DNA of 64,000 nucleotides, taken from Alphaproteobacteria bacterium. GTDB taxonomy: Bacteria > Pseudomonadota > Alphaproteobacteria > UBA6615. Of this stretch, positions 9,319 through 18,915 are shown one piece after another. Both the position numbers and the translations under genes were made by a program. Positions within the stretch are counted from its first letter, which is position 1. Every line of letters begins with the position of its first letter. Location: positions 128,001-192,000 of the forward strand of contig CBDHEC010000051.1 in assembly GCA_965261975.1 (NCBI GenBank). The letters are read 5' to 3'. The notes below the pieces were generated by a model that made no database searches, was not told where the DNA came from, and saw nothing but the letters and a program-made list of their open reading frames with translations.

Positions 9319-10128
9319 ATGCGTTATTTCGGTCTGATCGCTGCATTTGCGATTCCCTTGCTTGCCGGTTCCATATTTTCGTCTTCGGCGCAGGCCGAGC
9401 CCCAGATGCTCGGGGTGGTGCAGACCGCCTCGGCCGTTCCCCTGCATTGCGCCAACGGCAACTGCACGGCCGAACTCTCTTCCATTTGTCTCCATGAACA
9501 GCGCGCAACGCCCACATCGGGCTATCCCTATACCGCGCACAACAGCGACGCGATCACCGTCACCGGAACTCGCGCCGACGGTTCGACTGTTTCCCTGCAG
9601 GCCGCCGAGGTCGTCAAATTCGCAGCCTCCCGTGGCTTTCACACGGTACGCGTCGATGTTCCCGACGCAGTCCGACTGGCGCATGGGCTGACATCCCTCG
9701 TGGTGAAGGTCGAAGCGCCGCTGACACTCATCCCCGGCAAGACAAGTTTCGACAGTGACGACCCGCTGACGGACGCGGATATCGCCCTCGGCTCGGGACC
9801 GATGCGCGCCACGGCCGCCGCCATTGTCGACCGTAACACCGACACCATGCATGCGGGCCAGATCCTCGCGCGGATGATTGATGCGTTACCGCGCCATGGC
9901 CGCGCCGCCACCGATGCCCGCGCCGGGCTCTGGGACAATGCCGCCGTGAGCCATGTCCCCAGCCACTCGAAAACCGGCGTCCACAAGGCGCGTACAGCCT
10001 ATAACCGGTGTTATCGCCAGACCCGGATCGGCGACAAGAATCTCCGCGGATGCCTGGCCGAGGCCCATGATGGCCTGATCCTCGACCTCAACGAAACCTA
10101 TTGGGATGCGGTAAAAGCCGGCAGCTGA
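9319..10128 (+). CDS. Hypothetical secreted Cys-containing protein
   Basis: AGGAGG RBS; signal peptide ending AQA; genome-like codon usage; no family recognised. Confidence 0.75.
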   Translation: MRYFGLIAAFAIPLLAGSIFSSSAQAEPQMLGVVQTASAVPLHCANGNCTAELSSICLHEQRATPTSGYPYTAHNSDAITVTGTRADGSTVSLQAAEVVKFAASRGFHTVRVDVPDAVRLAHGLTSLVVKVEAPLTLIPGKTSFDSDDPLTDADIALGSGPMRATAAAIVDRNTDTMHAGQILARMIDALPRHGRAATDARAGLWDNAAVSHVPSHSKTGVHKARTAYNRCYRQTRIGDKNLRGCLAEAHDGLILDLNETYWDAVKAGS

Positions 10129-10153
10129 ACCTCACAAACACAGGTCTATTCAC

Positions 10154-11218
10154 ATGAAGTTCGGATTGTTCATGCTGCCCTGCTTTCGCGAGGGCGTCGC
10201 GCCGTCGCTGGCCGATTTTTACAACGAGATGTCGGAACTGGTGGCCGTGGCCGACAAGACCGGCTGGGACCGGGTCTGGATATCCGAGCATCATTTCCAC
10301 TACTACGGCGGCGCATCGCCGAACCCGGCCGTCCAGCTTTCGGCCTGGGCACGCGAGACAAAAAACATTCGTCTCGGCCCGGCGATCTCTCTCACGCCGC
10401 TGCGTAACCCGCTGCACATCGCGGAAGACTATGCCGTGGTCGACCAGCTGTCGGGCGGGCGGCTCGATTTCGGCATCGGGCGCGGATATCTGCCCCACGA
10501 GTTCGCCGGTCACAACCTCGACCCCAATGCGGTCAGCGGCATGCGCGAGGAGGGGTTCGAAATCATCCGCCGGGCATGGTCGGGGGAAACCTTCGCCCAT
10601 GACGGCGATCACTACAGTTTTCCGAAGCTGAGGCTCCACCCGCTGCCCCTGCAGGACGAAGTGCCAATCTGGGTCGGCGCCTCGCGCACCCGCGACAGCT
10701 TCGACTGGGCCGGGCGCGAGGGCTTCAGGATCATGATGAACCAGTACCCGATGACGCCGGAGGAGGCCCACGAACGTTTCGGCTGGTATCTCGAAGCCCG
10801 CGAGGACGCCGGACATCCGGAGGGCAGCCACGAGGCCATGATGTCGGTTTTCCTGCACATCGCAGACACCGAGGAACAGGCCATCGACGAGGCGAAACGC
10901 GCCGTCCAGGAGCATGCCAACCTGTTCCGGCTGCTATTCTCGGGCGACCAGTGGAACGAGGACTATGCGGGCGACGAAAGCGTCTTCGACTTCCTCGCGC
11001 CCGATGGCGACCTGCCGCGCATGTTCCGCGAGCGCACCTGCATCGGCACGCCCGAGCAGGTGATCGAACGGATTTCCCGCTACCGCGACTGGGGCTTCAC
11101 GGAGATGAGCTTCATCGTGCGCACGGGCGAGATCGGCCAGGAACAGGCGTTACGCACCATGGACCGGTTCAATAACGAGGTGGCGCCGGCGTTTCGGGAT
11201 AAGCAGGCGGCGGAGTAG
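10154..11218 (+). CDS. LLM class flavin-dependent oxidoreductase
   Basis: MKFGLF, WISEHHF, AEDYAVVDQLSGGRLDFGIGRG. Confidence 0.92.
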   Translation: MKFGLFMLPCFREGVAPSLADFYNEMSELVAVADKTGWDRVWISEHHFHYYGGASPNPAVQLSAWARETKNIRLGPAISLTPLRNPLHIAEDYAVVDQLSGGRLDFGIGRGYLPHEFAGHNLDPNAVSGMREEGFEIIRRAWSGETFAHDGDHYSFPKLRLHPLPLQDEVPIWVGASRTRDSFDWAGREGFRIMMNQYPMTPEEAHERFGWYLEAREDAGHPEGSHEAMMSVFLHIADTEEQAIDEAKRAVQEHANLFRLLFSGDQWNEDYAGDESVFDFLAPDGDLPRMFRERTCIGTPEQVIERISRYRDWGFTEMSFIVRTGEIGQEQALRTMDRFNNEVAPAFRDKQAAE

Positions 11219-11223
11219 GGCGC

Positions 11224-11511
11224 CTACATCCCGTCGACGAAGATCACTCGGTCGTTCGCCGCCTTCAGACGCAGTGGCAACACGGCCTGATACTCCGGCG
11301 AGTTGTACCAGGTGCGTGCCGCGTCCATGTCCGCGAACTCCAGGATCACGATCCGCTTGGACGCCCAGCCGCCCTCGACCATGTCGATGGTCGAGGAGGC
11401 GGCCAGGAGTTTCGCGCCATACTGCTGGAGTGTCGCAGGTACCTTTTCCAGATACTCGTCCATTGATGACGTATCGTGGATGTCGGCATCGAAGATCGCG
11501 TAGGCGGTCAT
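11224..11511 (-). CDS. DUF1330 domain protein
   Basis: EGGW..RIVILEFADMDAARTWYNSPEYQ. Confidence 0.9.
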   Translation of the reverse strand: MTAYAIFDADIHDTSSMDEYLEKVPATLQQYGAKLLAASSTIDMVEGGWASKRIVILEFADMDAARTWYNSPEYQAVLPLRLKAANDRVIFVDGM

Positions 11512-11520
11512 GAAGGCCTC

Positions 11521-11805
11521 CTAGAGCCCCGGCAGGACAATCAGGCTGTCATTCGCGGCGCGCTGACGCAGCGGGATAATCTCCTGATATTCCGGCGAGT
11601 TGTACCAGCCCTTCGCCGCCGCTTCGTCGGCGAATTCGAGAATCACGACCCGTTGCGGGGCCCAGTCCCCCTCGAGGGTTTCGGGGCCGTTGTTGGCGAT
11701 CGGCTTGCCGCCATGGGCCTTCAGGGTGGCGCCGACTTTCTCGGCATAGGCCTTGAAGGCTTCGGGATCGTGAACGTTGGCATCGACGACGATGTATGCG
11801 GACAT
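11521..11805 (-). CDS. DUF1330 domain protein
   Basis: LEGDW..RVVILEFADEAAAKGWYNSPEYQ. Confidence 0.9.
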   Translation of the reverse strand: MSAYIVVDANVHDPEAFKAYAEKVGATLKAHGGKPIANNGPETLEGDWAPQRVVILEFADEAAAKGWYNSPEYQEIIPLRQRAANDSLIVLPGL

Positions 11806-11994
11806 GGTTCAATCCTTGGGTTTGATGTTGAGTAAATAGAATATCGAGCAGTGTGGCTCGACGACAAGGCTGTAAGAGACCAAGCGTTGTGCGGCACCGG
11901 CACGTTTGAGTGAAGGTCAGTCTGCGGGTATCTCGAGCCGGGGACTCAGTGTTTACGGATTACGGAATAAATTCCGTCTCGCGAGCTCACAGGA

Positions 11995-12684
11995 TCACTC
12001 GATAACGGCGCGTGAAGTCGATGGTTTCTCGAGTTTTTTGAGTGCTTCTGGTTTACCCGCAAAAATGTCGACTTCGCGGAACTCCCCGGATGAAAAACGA
12101 AATTTGGTCAGTGCCTCACGAGCACGTGCAGATTCCAAGCTGTAGCGTTTTACAGCATCTCCGATCCAACGAGCCCCGAAAACGCCGTTCCTCATCTTTA
12201 AGTCGGCACGGAAAGACCCGATATAGAGCGTCTCACCTTCTCTCAGTACAAAGGTCGGCGTCAGGTCGTCGAGAATAGCGGTCGATTTGCCGTTCTCGGA
12301 CTTGCGCACCGCCTTAATGAAGTTCGTGACTTTCGTATCGCGCCCAAAACTTATCTGTTTATCAGCCGCATTCTCTATCACGGAACGCAGGAAGTATGTT
12401 CCGGGGTCGAGAGCCAAGACGAGCCATGTGGTGTCCGTGTCTCTGTCCAGATGGTAGGCCGAACTCCCACCGTCTTCGTCCTTACCGCCAATCCGGATCG
12501 ACATTCCATAGACGTTACTGGCGGGAACCTGCAGGAACGATTTTTCAGAGTCAGGCTGAAGTTGAATGCTGGCAATGACGACCGACTTTCCCTGCTTGGA
12601 AACTTGGTGGTCGATCGTTGGCGCACAGGCGGCGAGCAACAGAACGCCGAGAACGAGCAGGCGGGGAGAAAGCCGAATATTCAT
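11995..12684 (-). CDS. Hypothetical lipoprotein (paralogue A)
   Basis: Lipobox LAAC; shares LxPGTY, GExxYIGxFR and FxxVDxFAG blocks with 12835..13503. Confidence 0.75.
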   Translation of the reverse strand: MNIRLSPRLLVLGVLLLAACAPTIDHQVSKQGKSVVIASIQLQPDSEKSFLQVPASNVYGMSIRIGGKDEDGGSSAYHLDRDTDTTWLVLALDPGTYFLRSVIENAADKQISFGRDTKVTNFIKAVRKSENGKSTAILDDLTPTFVLREGETLYIGSFRADLKMRNGVFGARWIGDAVKRYSLESARAREALTKFRFSSGEFREVDIFAGKPEALKKLEKPSTSRAVIE

Positions 12685-12751
12685 GGAACTATCCTAACCT
12701 TGTTGACCGTGAGCCAGTTCGCCGTTGATCACGAACAATTCCCTCGAAATC

Positions 12752-12785
12752 CGCCCGTTTCTTTGCCAGTGACGGCAGGTAGGGG
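12752..12785. repeat. Intergenic degenerate copy of the uvrA 3' end
   Basis: GCCAGTGACGGCAGGTAGGGG at 12765-12785 is identical to 13546-13566; CGCCCGTTTC flank also shared. Confidence 0.85.
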
Positions 12786-12834
12786 CCAACCGCCCACTAA
12801 GCCGAAGTTGTCTGCGCACCCACCCCAAATCGAC

Positions 12835-13503
12835 TCATTCGTCGATCGGAATGGTCGTTATCGCTCGCTCGTAAAGTGTACGTGCTTCTGCTCGCCCCGC
12901 AAAAACATCCACTTGCTTAAAGGTCGCGGGCGGCAGCGAGAGATTTTCCACCATGCGCTTCGCTTCGGTCGTCTGCAGAAGATAGCTCTTGCGCGCGTCC
13001 ACAAATTTTCTGCCGATCGGGTCGGCCTCTCGCCTCATAACGTCGGATCGGAATGTGCCAATGTAAACAATCTCGCCCGACCCTACCTCGTAAGTCAGCG
13101 GGCCTCCGGCCTTCGACAGGTCCGTGGTCCGTGTAGGAGGGCGCCCAAAAAGAACGGCTCCGTCGCGGGTTTCGACTTGGTCCCTAAAGCCGGTGATCGA
13201 GTAGGTTCCCGGTGCGAGGACGAAGGCCAACCACAATGTCTGATCATTGTCCGAGAGATCGAATGCTTTGCGGTTACCTTTGAAGGGCTGCTCGTCTTCA
13301 TCGAACATTGGGGAGAATCGGTGAAGTTTGTTTGCAGGAGCGAGCCAGATGCCCGGATCGTAGTCCCCCACCGTCTGAAGCGAGAGAAGAACGATCGATT
13401 TGCCTTCTTCCTTGATCGAATGTTCGAACGAGGCAGCGCAGCCCGCGAGAAAAAGTGCCAAACCAGCGGTCGCTGCGATTTTCGCAACCCATCTTCTCGT
13501 CAT
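12835..13503 (-). CDS. Hypothetical lipoprotein (paralogue B)
   Basis: Lipobox LAGC; GAGAGA RBS just after the uvrA stop. Confidence 0.75.
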   Translation of the reverse strand: MTRRWVAKIAATAGLALFLAGCAASFEHSIKEEGKSIVLLSLQTVGDYDPGIWLAPANKLHRFSPMFDEDEQPFKGNRKAFDLSDNDQTLWLAFVLAPGTYSITGFRDQVETRDGAVLFGRPPTRTTDLSKAGGPLTYEVGSGEIVYIGTFRSDVMRREADPIGRKFVDARKSYLLQTTEAKRMVENLSLPPATFKQVDVFAGRAEARTLYERAITTIPIDE

Positions 13504-13520
13504 CGAATCTCTCCCTCGTC

Positions 13521-16379
13521 TCACGCCCGTTTCTTCGTTTTCTTCGCCAGTGACGGCAGGTAGGGGGCGAGGAAGTCGCCCGTGAAGCTGCGGTCGACCG
13601 CGCAGATGTCTTCCGGCGTGCCGGTGGCGACGATCTGGCCACCCTTGTCGCCGCCCTCGGGACCCAGATCGATGATCCAGTCGGCGGTCTTGATGACCTC
13701 CAGGTTATGCTCGATCACCACCACGGTGTTGCCCGTATCCACCAGCGCCTGGAGCACCTCCAGCAGCTTGCGGACATCGTGATAGTGCAGGCCGGTTGTC
13801 GGCTCGTCGAGGATATAGAGGGTCTTGCCCGTGGCCCGGCGTGACAGCTCCTTGGCGAGCTTCACCCGCTGGGCCTCGCCGCCCGACAGGGTGGTGGCGG
13901 CCTGGCCAATCTGGATGTAGCTGAGGCCCACCCGTTCCAACGTCTCGAGCTTGTCGCGGATCGACGGCACCGCCTTGAAGAACTCCCGGCCTTCCTCGAC
14001 CGTCATCTCGAGCACATCGGCGATGGACTTGTCGCGATACAGGATTTCCAGGGTCTCGCGGTTGTAGCGTTTGCCGTGGCACACGTCGCACTCGACATAG
14101 ACATCCGGCAGGAAGTGCATCTCGATCTTGAGGACGCCGTCGCCCTGGCAGGCCTCGCAGCGCCCGCCCTTGACGTTGAACGAGAAGCGACCGGGCTTGT
14201 AGCCGCGCGCCTTGGCCTCGGGCAGGCCGGTGAACCAGTCGCGGATCGGCGTGAAGGCGCCGGTATAGGTCGCGGGGTTGGAGCGCGGCGTGCGGCCGAT
14301 GGGCGACTGGTCGATGTCGATGACCTTGTCCAGGTGATCGAGGCCCTCGATGGCCGTGTGGGCCCCCGGGGCGGGGCGAGAGCCATAGATATGCCGCGCC
14401 GCGGCGTTGTAGAGCGTATCCAGCACCAGGGTGGACTTGCCCGAGCCGGACACGCCTGTGACGCAGGTGAACGTCCCCAGCGGGATCTCCGCCGTCACGT
14501 CCTGCAGGTTGTTCGACGACGCGCCGATGACCTTCAGGACCTGGCCCTTCTTGCCGGGCCGGCGTTCGGCCGGGACCGGGACCTGCTCGATGCCGGTCAG
14601 GTATTTGGCGGTCAGGCTCTTATTGACCTGCTGCATGACCTTCTTCGGCGTGCCGTGGGCGACCACTTCGCCGCCATGCACGCCCGCGCCGGGGCCCATA
14701 TCCACCAGATAGTCCGCCGTGCGGATCGCATCCTCGTCATGCTCGACCACGACCACGGTGTTGCCGAGATCGCGCAGGCGCTTGAGGGTCTCGAGCAGGC
14801 GCGCATTGTCGCGCTGATGCAGGCCGATCGACGGTTCGTCGAGGACGTAGAGAACCCCGGTCAGGCCGGAGCCGATCTGGGAGGCGAGGCGGATGCGCTG
14901 GCTCTCGCCGCCGGACAAGGTGCCCGACTTGCGGTCGAGGGTCAGATATTCGAGCCCGACATCGTTGAGGAAGCCCAGGCGTTCGTTGATTTCGCGCAGG
15001 ATCCGGTCGGCGATCTCGCGTTGTTTGGTGGTCAGGTGATTCTCGAGGTCCAGAAACCACTCGCCGGCCGCGGCGATAGACATCTTCGTCGTCTCGCTCA
15101 CATGCTTGCCGTTGATCCGCACGGCCAGCGCCTCCGGCTTGAGCCTTGCCCCTTCGCAGGTCTCGCAAACGGATGTCACCTGGTACTTGCCGATCTCCTC
15201 GCGCGCCCAGCTGCTCTCGGTCTCGCGGTAGCGGCGTTCCAGGTTCATCACCACGCCCTCGAAGGGCTTCTTGGTCTCGTAGGTGCGCAACCCGTCGTCG
15301 TATTTCATGGTGATCGAGGTCTTGCCCGAGCCGAACAGCACGGCGCTCTGCACCTTGTCGGGCAGTTCCGACCAGGCATCGCTCGCCGAGACCTTGTAGT
15401 GGCGGGCAATCGCATCCAGGGTCTGGGCGTAGTAGGGGCTGGATGAGTTGGACCAGGGCGCAATCGCCCCGTCACGCAGGCTCTTAGTCTTATCGGGCAC
15501 GACCAGATCAGGGTCGACCACCACCTTGGTGCCGAGGCCATCACAGGCCGGACAAGCGCCGAAGGGGTTGTTGAACGAGAACAGCCGCGGCTCGATCTCC
15601 TCGATCGTGAAGCCGGACACGGGGCAGGCGAATTTGGACGAGAAGATTGTCTGTTCGCCGGTGTCGGCGTTTTCGGCAAATACGAGGCCATCGGCCAATT
15701 CCAGGCCGGTCTCGATGGAATCCGCCAGACGGGTCTCGATGCCTTCACGGACCACAATGCGGTCCACCACCACGGCGATATCGTGCTTGAAATTCTTGTC
15801 GAGCGACGGGGCGTCGGCGATCTCGTACATCTCGCCGTCGATCTTCACCCGCTGGAACCCGCGTTTCTGCAAGCTGGCGAGTTCCTTGCGGTATTCGCCC
15901 TTGCGTCCGCGCACGATGGGCGCGAGCAGATAAAGCCGCGTGCCTTCGTCCATCTCCAGCGTGCGGTCGACCATCTGGCTCACCGACTGAGCCTCGATGG
16001 GCAGTCCTGTTTTGGGAGAGTAGGGGATGCCGACCCGGGCATAGAGTAGACGCAGATAGTCGTAGATCTCGGTGACGGTGCCCACGGTCGAGCGCGGATT
16101 ACGGCTAGTGGTCTTCTGCTCGATGGAAATCGCCGGCGACAGGCCCTCGATCGAGTCCACATCCGGCTTCTGCATTAACTCCAGGAACTGGCGCGCGTAG
16201 GCCGACAGGCTTTCCACGTAACGGCGCTGGCCCTCGGCATAGATCGTGTCGAAGGCGAGGGACGACTTGCCCGAACCCGACAGCCCGGTGATCACCACCA
16301 GGGAATCCCGCGGCAGGGAGACATCGACGTTACGCAAATTATGTTCGCGGGCGCCGCGGACAACGATTTTCTTCTGCAT
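13521..16379 (-). CDS. uvrA: Excinuclease ABC subunit UvrA
   Basis: [42 protein letters not shown], zinc-finger CxxC motifs. Confidence 0.98.
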   Translation of the reverse strand: MQKKIVVRGAREHNLRNVDVSLPRDSLVVITGLSGSGKSSLAFDTIYAEGQRRYVESLSAYARQFLELMQKPDVDSIEGLSPAISIEQKTTSRNPRSTVGTVTEIYDYLRLLYARVGIPYSPKTGLPIEAQSVSQMVDRTLEMDEGTRLYLLAPIVRGRKGEYRKELASLQKRGFQRVKIDGEMYEIADAPSLDKNFKHDIAVVVDRIVVREGIETRLADSIETGLELADGLVFAENADTGEQTIFSSKFACPVSGFTIEEIEPRLFSFNNPFGACPACDGLGTKVVVDPDLVVPDKTKSLRDGAIAPWSNSSSPYYAQTLDAIARHYKVSASDAWSELPDKVQSAVLFGSGKTSITMKYDDGLRTYETKKPFEGVVMNLERRYRETESSWAREEIGKYQVTSVCETCEGARLKPEALAVRINGKHVSETTKMSIAAAGEWFLDLENHLTTKQREIADRILREINERLGFLNDVGLEYLTLDRKSGTLSGGESQRIRLASQIGSGLTGVLYVLDEPSIGLHQRDNARLLETLKRLRDLGNTVVVVEHDEDAIRTADYLVDMGPGAGVHGGEVVAHGTPKKVMQQVNKSLTAKYLTGIEQVPVPAERRPGKKGQVLKVIGASSNNLQDVTAEIPLGTFTCVTGVSGSGKSTLVLDTLYNAAARHIYGSRPAPGAHTAIEGLDHLDKVIDIDQSPIGRTPRSNPATYTGAFTPIRDWFTGLPEAKARGYKPGRFSFNVKGGRCEACQGDGVLKIEMHFLPDVYVECDVCHGKRYNRETLEILYRDKSIADVLEMTVEEGREFFKAVPSIRDKLETLERVGLSYIQIGQAATTLSGGEAQRVKLAKELSRRATGKTLYILDEPTTGLHYHDVRKLLEVLQALVDTGNTVVVIEHNLEVIKTADWIIDLGPEGGDKGGQIVATGTPEDICAVDRSFTGDFLAPYLPSLAKKTKKRA

Positions 16380-16480
16380 TTGTGCCTTACGGGCGAGGGT
16401 TCAGGACCAAATTCAGCCGTTCCGAAGCTGGTTTCGAATATGGCGCGGTGGGGATCAAAAGACCAGTGGACACGCGTTGG

Positions 16481-16509
16481 TTGACATGAGAACAAAACAT
16501 GAATATCAT
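16481..16509 (+). promoter_or_regulatory. Sigma70 promoter for ssb with overlapping alphaproteobacterial LexA (SOS) box
   Basis: TTGACA(16481)-N17-TATCAT(16504); GAAC-N7-GAAT at 16490-16504 matches GAAC-N7-GAAC with one mismatch, in the uvrA/ssb divergent region. Confidence 0.8.
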
Positions 16510-16641
16510 GGGGATAAGTCACCGTCCAGACCGCTTGTGGGGCAACGGGCCCCATGCCAGTGTGAGCGTGGATTTGCGCCCCGAGTCGCAGCCTTTTCGA
16601 GGCGCATGATGATCGATTCCCAAGTCTAGGAGACACACCCC

Positions 16642-17118
16642 ATGTCAGGCAGCGTCAACAAAGTCATTCTCGTCGGAAATCTGGGTCGTGACCCGGAAGT
16701 TCGCTCCATGCAGTCGGGCGACAAGGTGTGCAACCTGTCCGTCGCCACATCCGAACGCTGGAAAGACCGTAATTCCGGCGAAATGCAGGAGAAGACCGAG
16801 TGGCATCGGGTGGTGATGTTCGACCAGAAACTGGTCGAGGTCGCCGAGAGGTACCTCCAGAAGGGTGCCAAGGTTTTCCTGGAGGGTCAGCTCCAGACCC
16901 GCAAATGGACAGATCAGTCCGGCCAGGAGAAATACACGACGGAAGTTGTCCTCCAGCGCTTTCGTGGTGAGATGGTCATGCTCGACAGCCGTGGCGGCGG
17001 CCAGGGTGGGGGCGGATACGATGCACCGCCGCCACACGAACAGCAGCCTGCGATGGCCGCAGGTGGCGGTGGCGGCATGGGCGGCGGCGACGATCTGGAC
17101 GACGAAATTCCGTTCTAG
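16642..17118 (+). CDS. ssb: Single-stranded DNA-binding protein
   Basis: [23 protein letters not shown]-terminal DDEIPF. Confidence 0.98.
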   Translation: MSGSVNKVILVGNLGRDPEVRSMQSGDKVCNLSVATSERWKDRNSGEMQEKTEWHRVVMFDQKLVEVAERYLQKGAKVFLEGQLQTRKWTDQSGQEKYTTEVVLQRFRGEMVMLDSRGGGQGGGGYDAPPPHEQQPAMAAGGGGGMGGGDDLDDEIPF

Positions 17119-17270
17119 ACGACAGTTCCGCGGTATTTATTTCGAATTCCAACCCCTTGGAATCTATCCGATATATCGTACCGCCATACTGGTGTAGGTG
17201 GAAAAAGCCCGGAAAAGTGCCACATACTGGCGTAACGTAGATCTCAGTTTGCAGGATTGAGGGGCATTTC

Positions 17271-18278
17271 ATGGAAGCGTTTCTACCGAGCGGATTTCTC
17301 ACATTCGTCATCGCGGTCGTCATCCTGGCGGCCGTTATCATCAAGTCCGGTGTCAAGCAGGTGCCGCAGGCCCAGGAATGGACCGTGGAGCGGTTTGGGC
17401 GCTACACCCGCACACTTTCACCCGGCCTGCATCTGATCGTTCCCTTCGTCGACCGGATCGGCTTCAAACTGTCCCTGCGCGAAACCGTGCTGGATATCCC
17501 GTCCCAGGACGTGATTTCCTACGACAACGCGACGATTACGGCCGATGGCGTGGCGTTCTACCAGGTCGTGGATTCAGCCCGGGCCGCCTATGAGGTCAAC
17601 GATCTCGAACGCGCCATCACGAACCTGTCGATGACGAATATCCGTACCGTGATCGGTTCCATGAGCCTTGATGACGTGCTGTCCAAGCGCGACGACATCA
17701 ACGAGCGCCTGTTGCGGGTCATTGATTCCGCCACCAACCCCTGGGGCATCAAGGTGACCCGGGTCGAAATCAAGGACCTCACACCACCGGTGGACCTTGT
17801 CGAGGCCATGGGCGGCCAGATGAAGGCGGAACGCGAGAAACGCGCGGAAGTCCTGACGGCGGAAGGCGAGAAACAGGCCGCGATCCTGCGCGCCGAGGGC
17901 CTGAAACAGTCAACAATCCTGGAAGCCGAAGGGCGTCGTGAAGCCGCCTACCGTGACGCCGAGGCCCGCGAACGCGAGGCACAGGCCGAAGCGAGCGCCA
18001 CAGAGGCCGTCTCGACGGCCATCGCGGCCGGCGACATGCAGGCGGTCAACTACTTCGTCGCCCAGAAATACGTCGAGGCGATCGGGCAGTTGGCGTCCGC
18101 CCCCAACCAGCGCGTCGTGCTGTTCCCGATCGAGGCGTCAAACTTCATCGGCAGCCTCGGCGGCATCGCCGAGATTGCCAAGTCCGCGTTTGGCGGCGAC
18201 GATGTGGGCCCCGGCAGTGCCAATGGCGCGGGACGGGGCGGTTCCGTGCCCATGACCCCGCGTGGCGACGCAGACTAG
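17271..18278 (+). CDS. SPFH/band-7 domain protein (QmcA-like)
   Basis: ERFGRY, PGLHLIVPFVD, WGIKVTRVEIKD, QMKAEREKRA, YFVAQKY. Confidence 0.92.
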   Translation: MEAFLPSGFLTFVIAVVILAAVIIKSGVKQVPQAQEWTVERFGRYTRTLSPGLHLIVPFVDRIGFKLSLRETVLDIPSQDVISYDNATITADGVAFYQVVDSARAAYEVNDLERAITNLSMTNIRTVIGSMSLDDVLSKRDDINERLLRVIDSATNPWGIKVTRVEIKDLTPPVDLVEAMGGQMKAEREKRAEVLTAEGEKQAAILRAEGLKQSTILEAEGRREAAYRDAEAREREAQAEASATEAVSTAIAAGDMQAVNYFVAQKYVEAIGQLASAPNQRVVLFPIEASNFIGSLGGIAEIAKSAFGGDDVGPGSANGAGRGGSVPMTPRGDAD

Positions 18279-18292
18279 CCGGAGTATTTCGA

Positions 18293-18769
18293 ATGGACGA
18301 ATACGTCGCGTTCTTCTGGGACATCGAGTTCTGGCACTGGTGGGCCTTCGCCGTCGTGCTGATTTCGATTGAGGTTTTTGTCGCCTCCACGCTGTTGCTC
18401 TGGCCCGGCATATCCGCCGCTGTGCTCGGGTTCGTAGTGCTAGTTCGCCCCGATTTAGACTGGCGCTATCAGATGCTGTTATTCGCGGTCCTGGCCGTGG
18501 TCAGCACGGTGTTTTGGCTACGCTGGCTGCGCAAGCGTCCGATCAAGACCGATCACCCGAACCTGAACACCCGCGGGCGCAGCTATGTGGGCCGTCGTAT
18601 TACCCTGTCAGAGCCCCTCAGTGACGGCCGCGGGCGGGTCCAGATCGACGACACATGGTGGCAGGTGCGCGCTGACGGGCCACTCGACAAAGGTGTCGAG
18701 ATCGAGGTGACCGACACCGATGGTGCGACCTTGCTTGTCCAGGCATTCGACACCCCGAAAACCGCCTGA
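18293..18769 (+). CDS. NfeD family protein (YbbJ-like)
   Basis: N-terminal TM helices, LNTRG..YVGR, GRVQIDDTWW OB-fold; partner of the SPFH gene. Confidence 0.88.
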   Translation: MDEYVAFFWDIEFWHWWAFAVVLISIEVFVASTLLLWPGISAAVLGFVVLVRPDLDWRYQMLLFAVLAVVSTVFWLRWLRKRPIKTDHPNLNTRGRSYVGRRITLSEPLSDGRGRVQIDDTWWQVRADGPLDKGVEIEVTDTDGATLLVQAFDTPKTA

Positions 18770-18915
18770 TTCAGCGCATTTTCACGATCGCGACACGGGT
18801 CGCGTTTCCTTGCCCGAATCCGCTGTTTCGGGTAGTCTCTGACGATGAAAATGCACCCGATTCGGCACCTTCGAAATCACTTGAATTTCGCGCCGTACAG
18901 CGTTGATAAAAAACG

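Noticed and set aside
11962-11977. Palindrome ACGGAAT-AA-ATTCCGT
   Set aside because: Single short inverted repeat; cannot distinguish an operator or terminator from chance.
12451-13563. 370-aa plus-strand ORF across the lipoprotein genes
   Set aside because: Antisense to two lipobox-bearing paralogues; no motifs or RBS.
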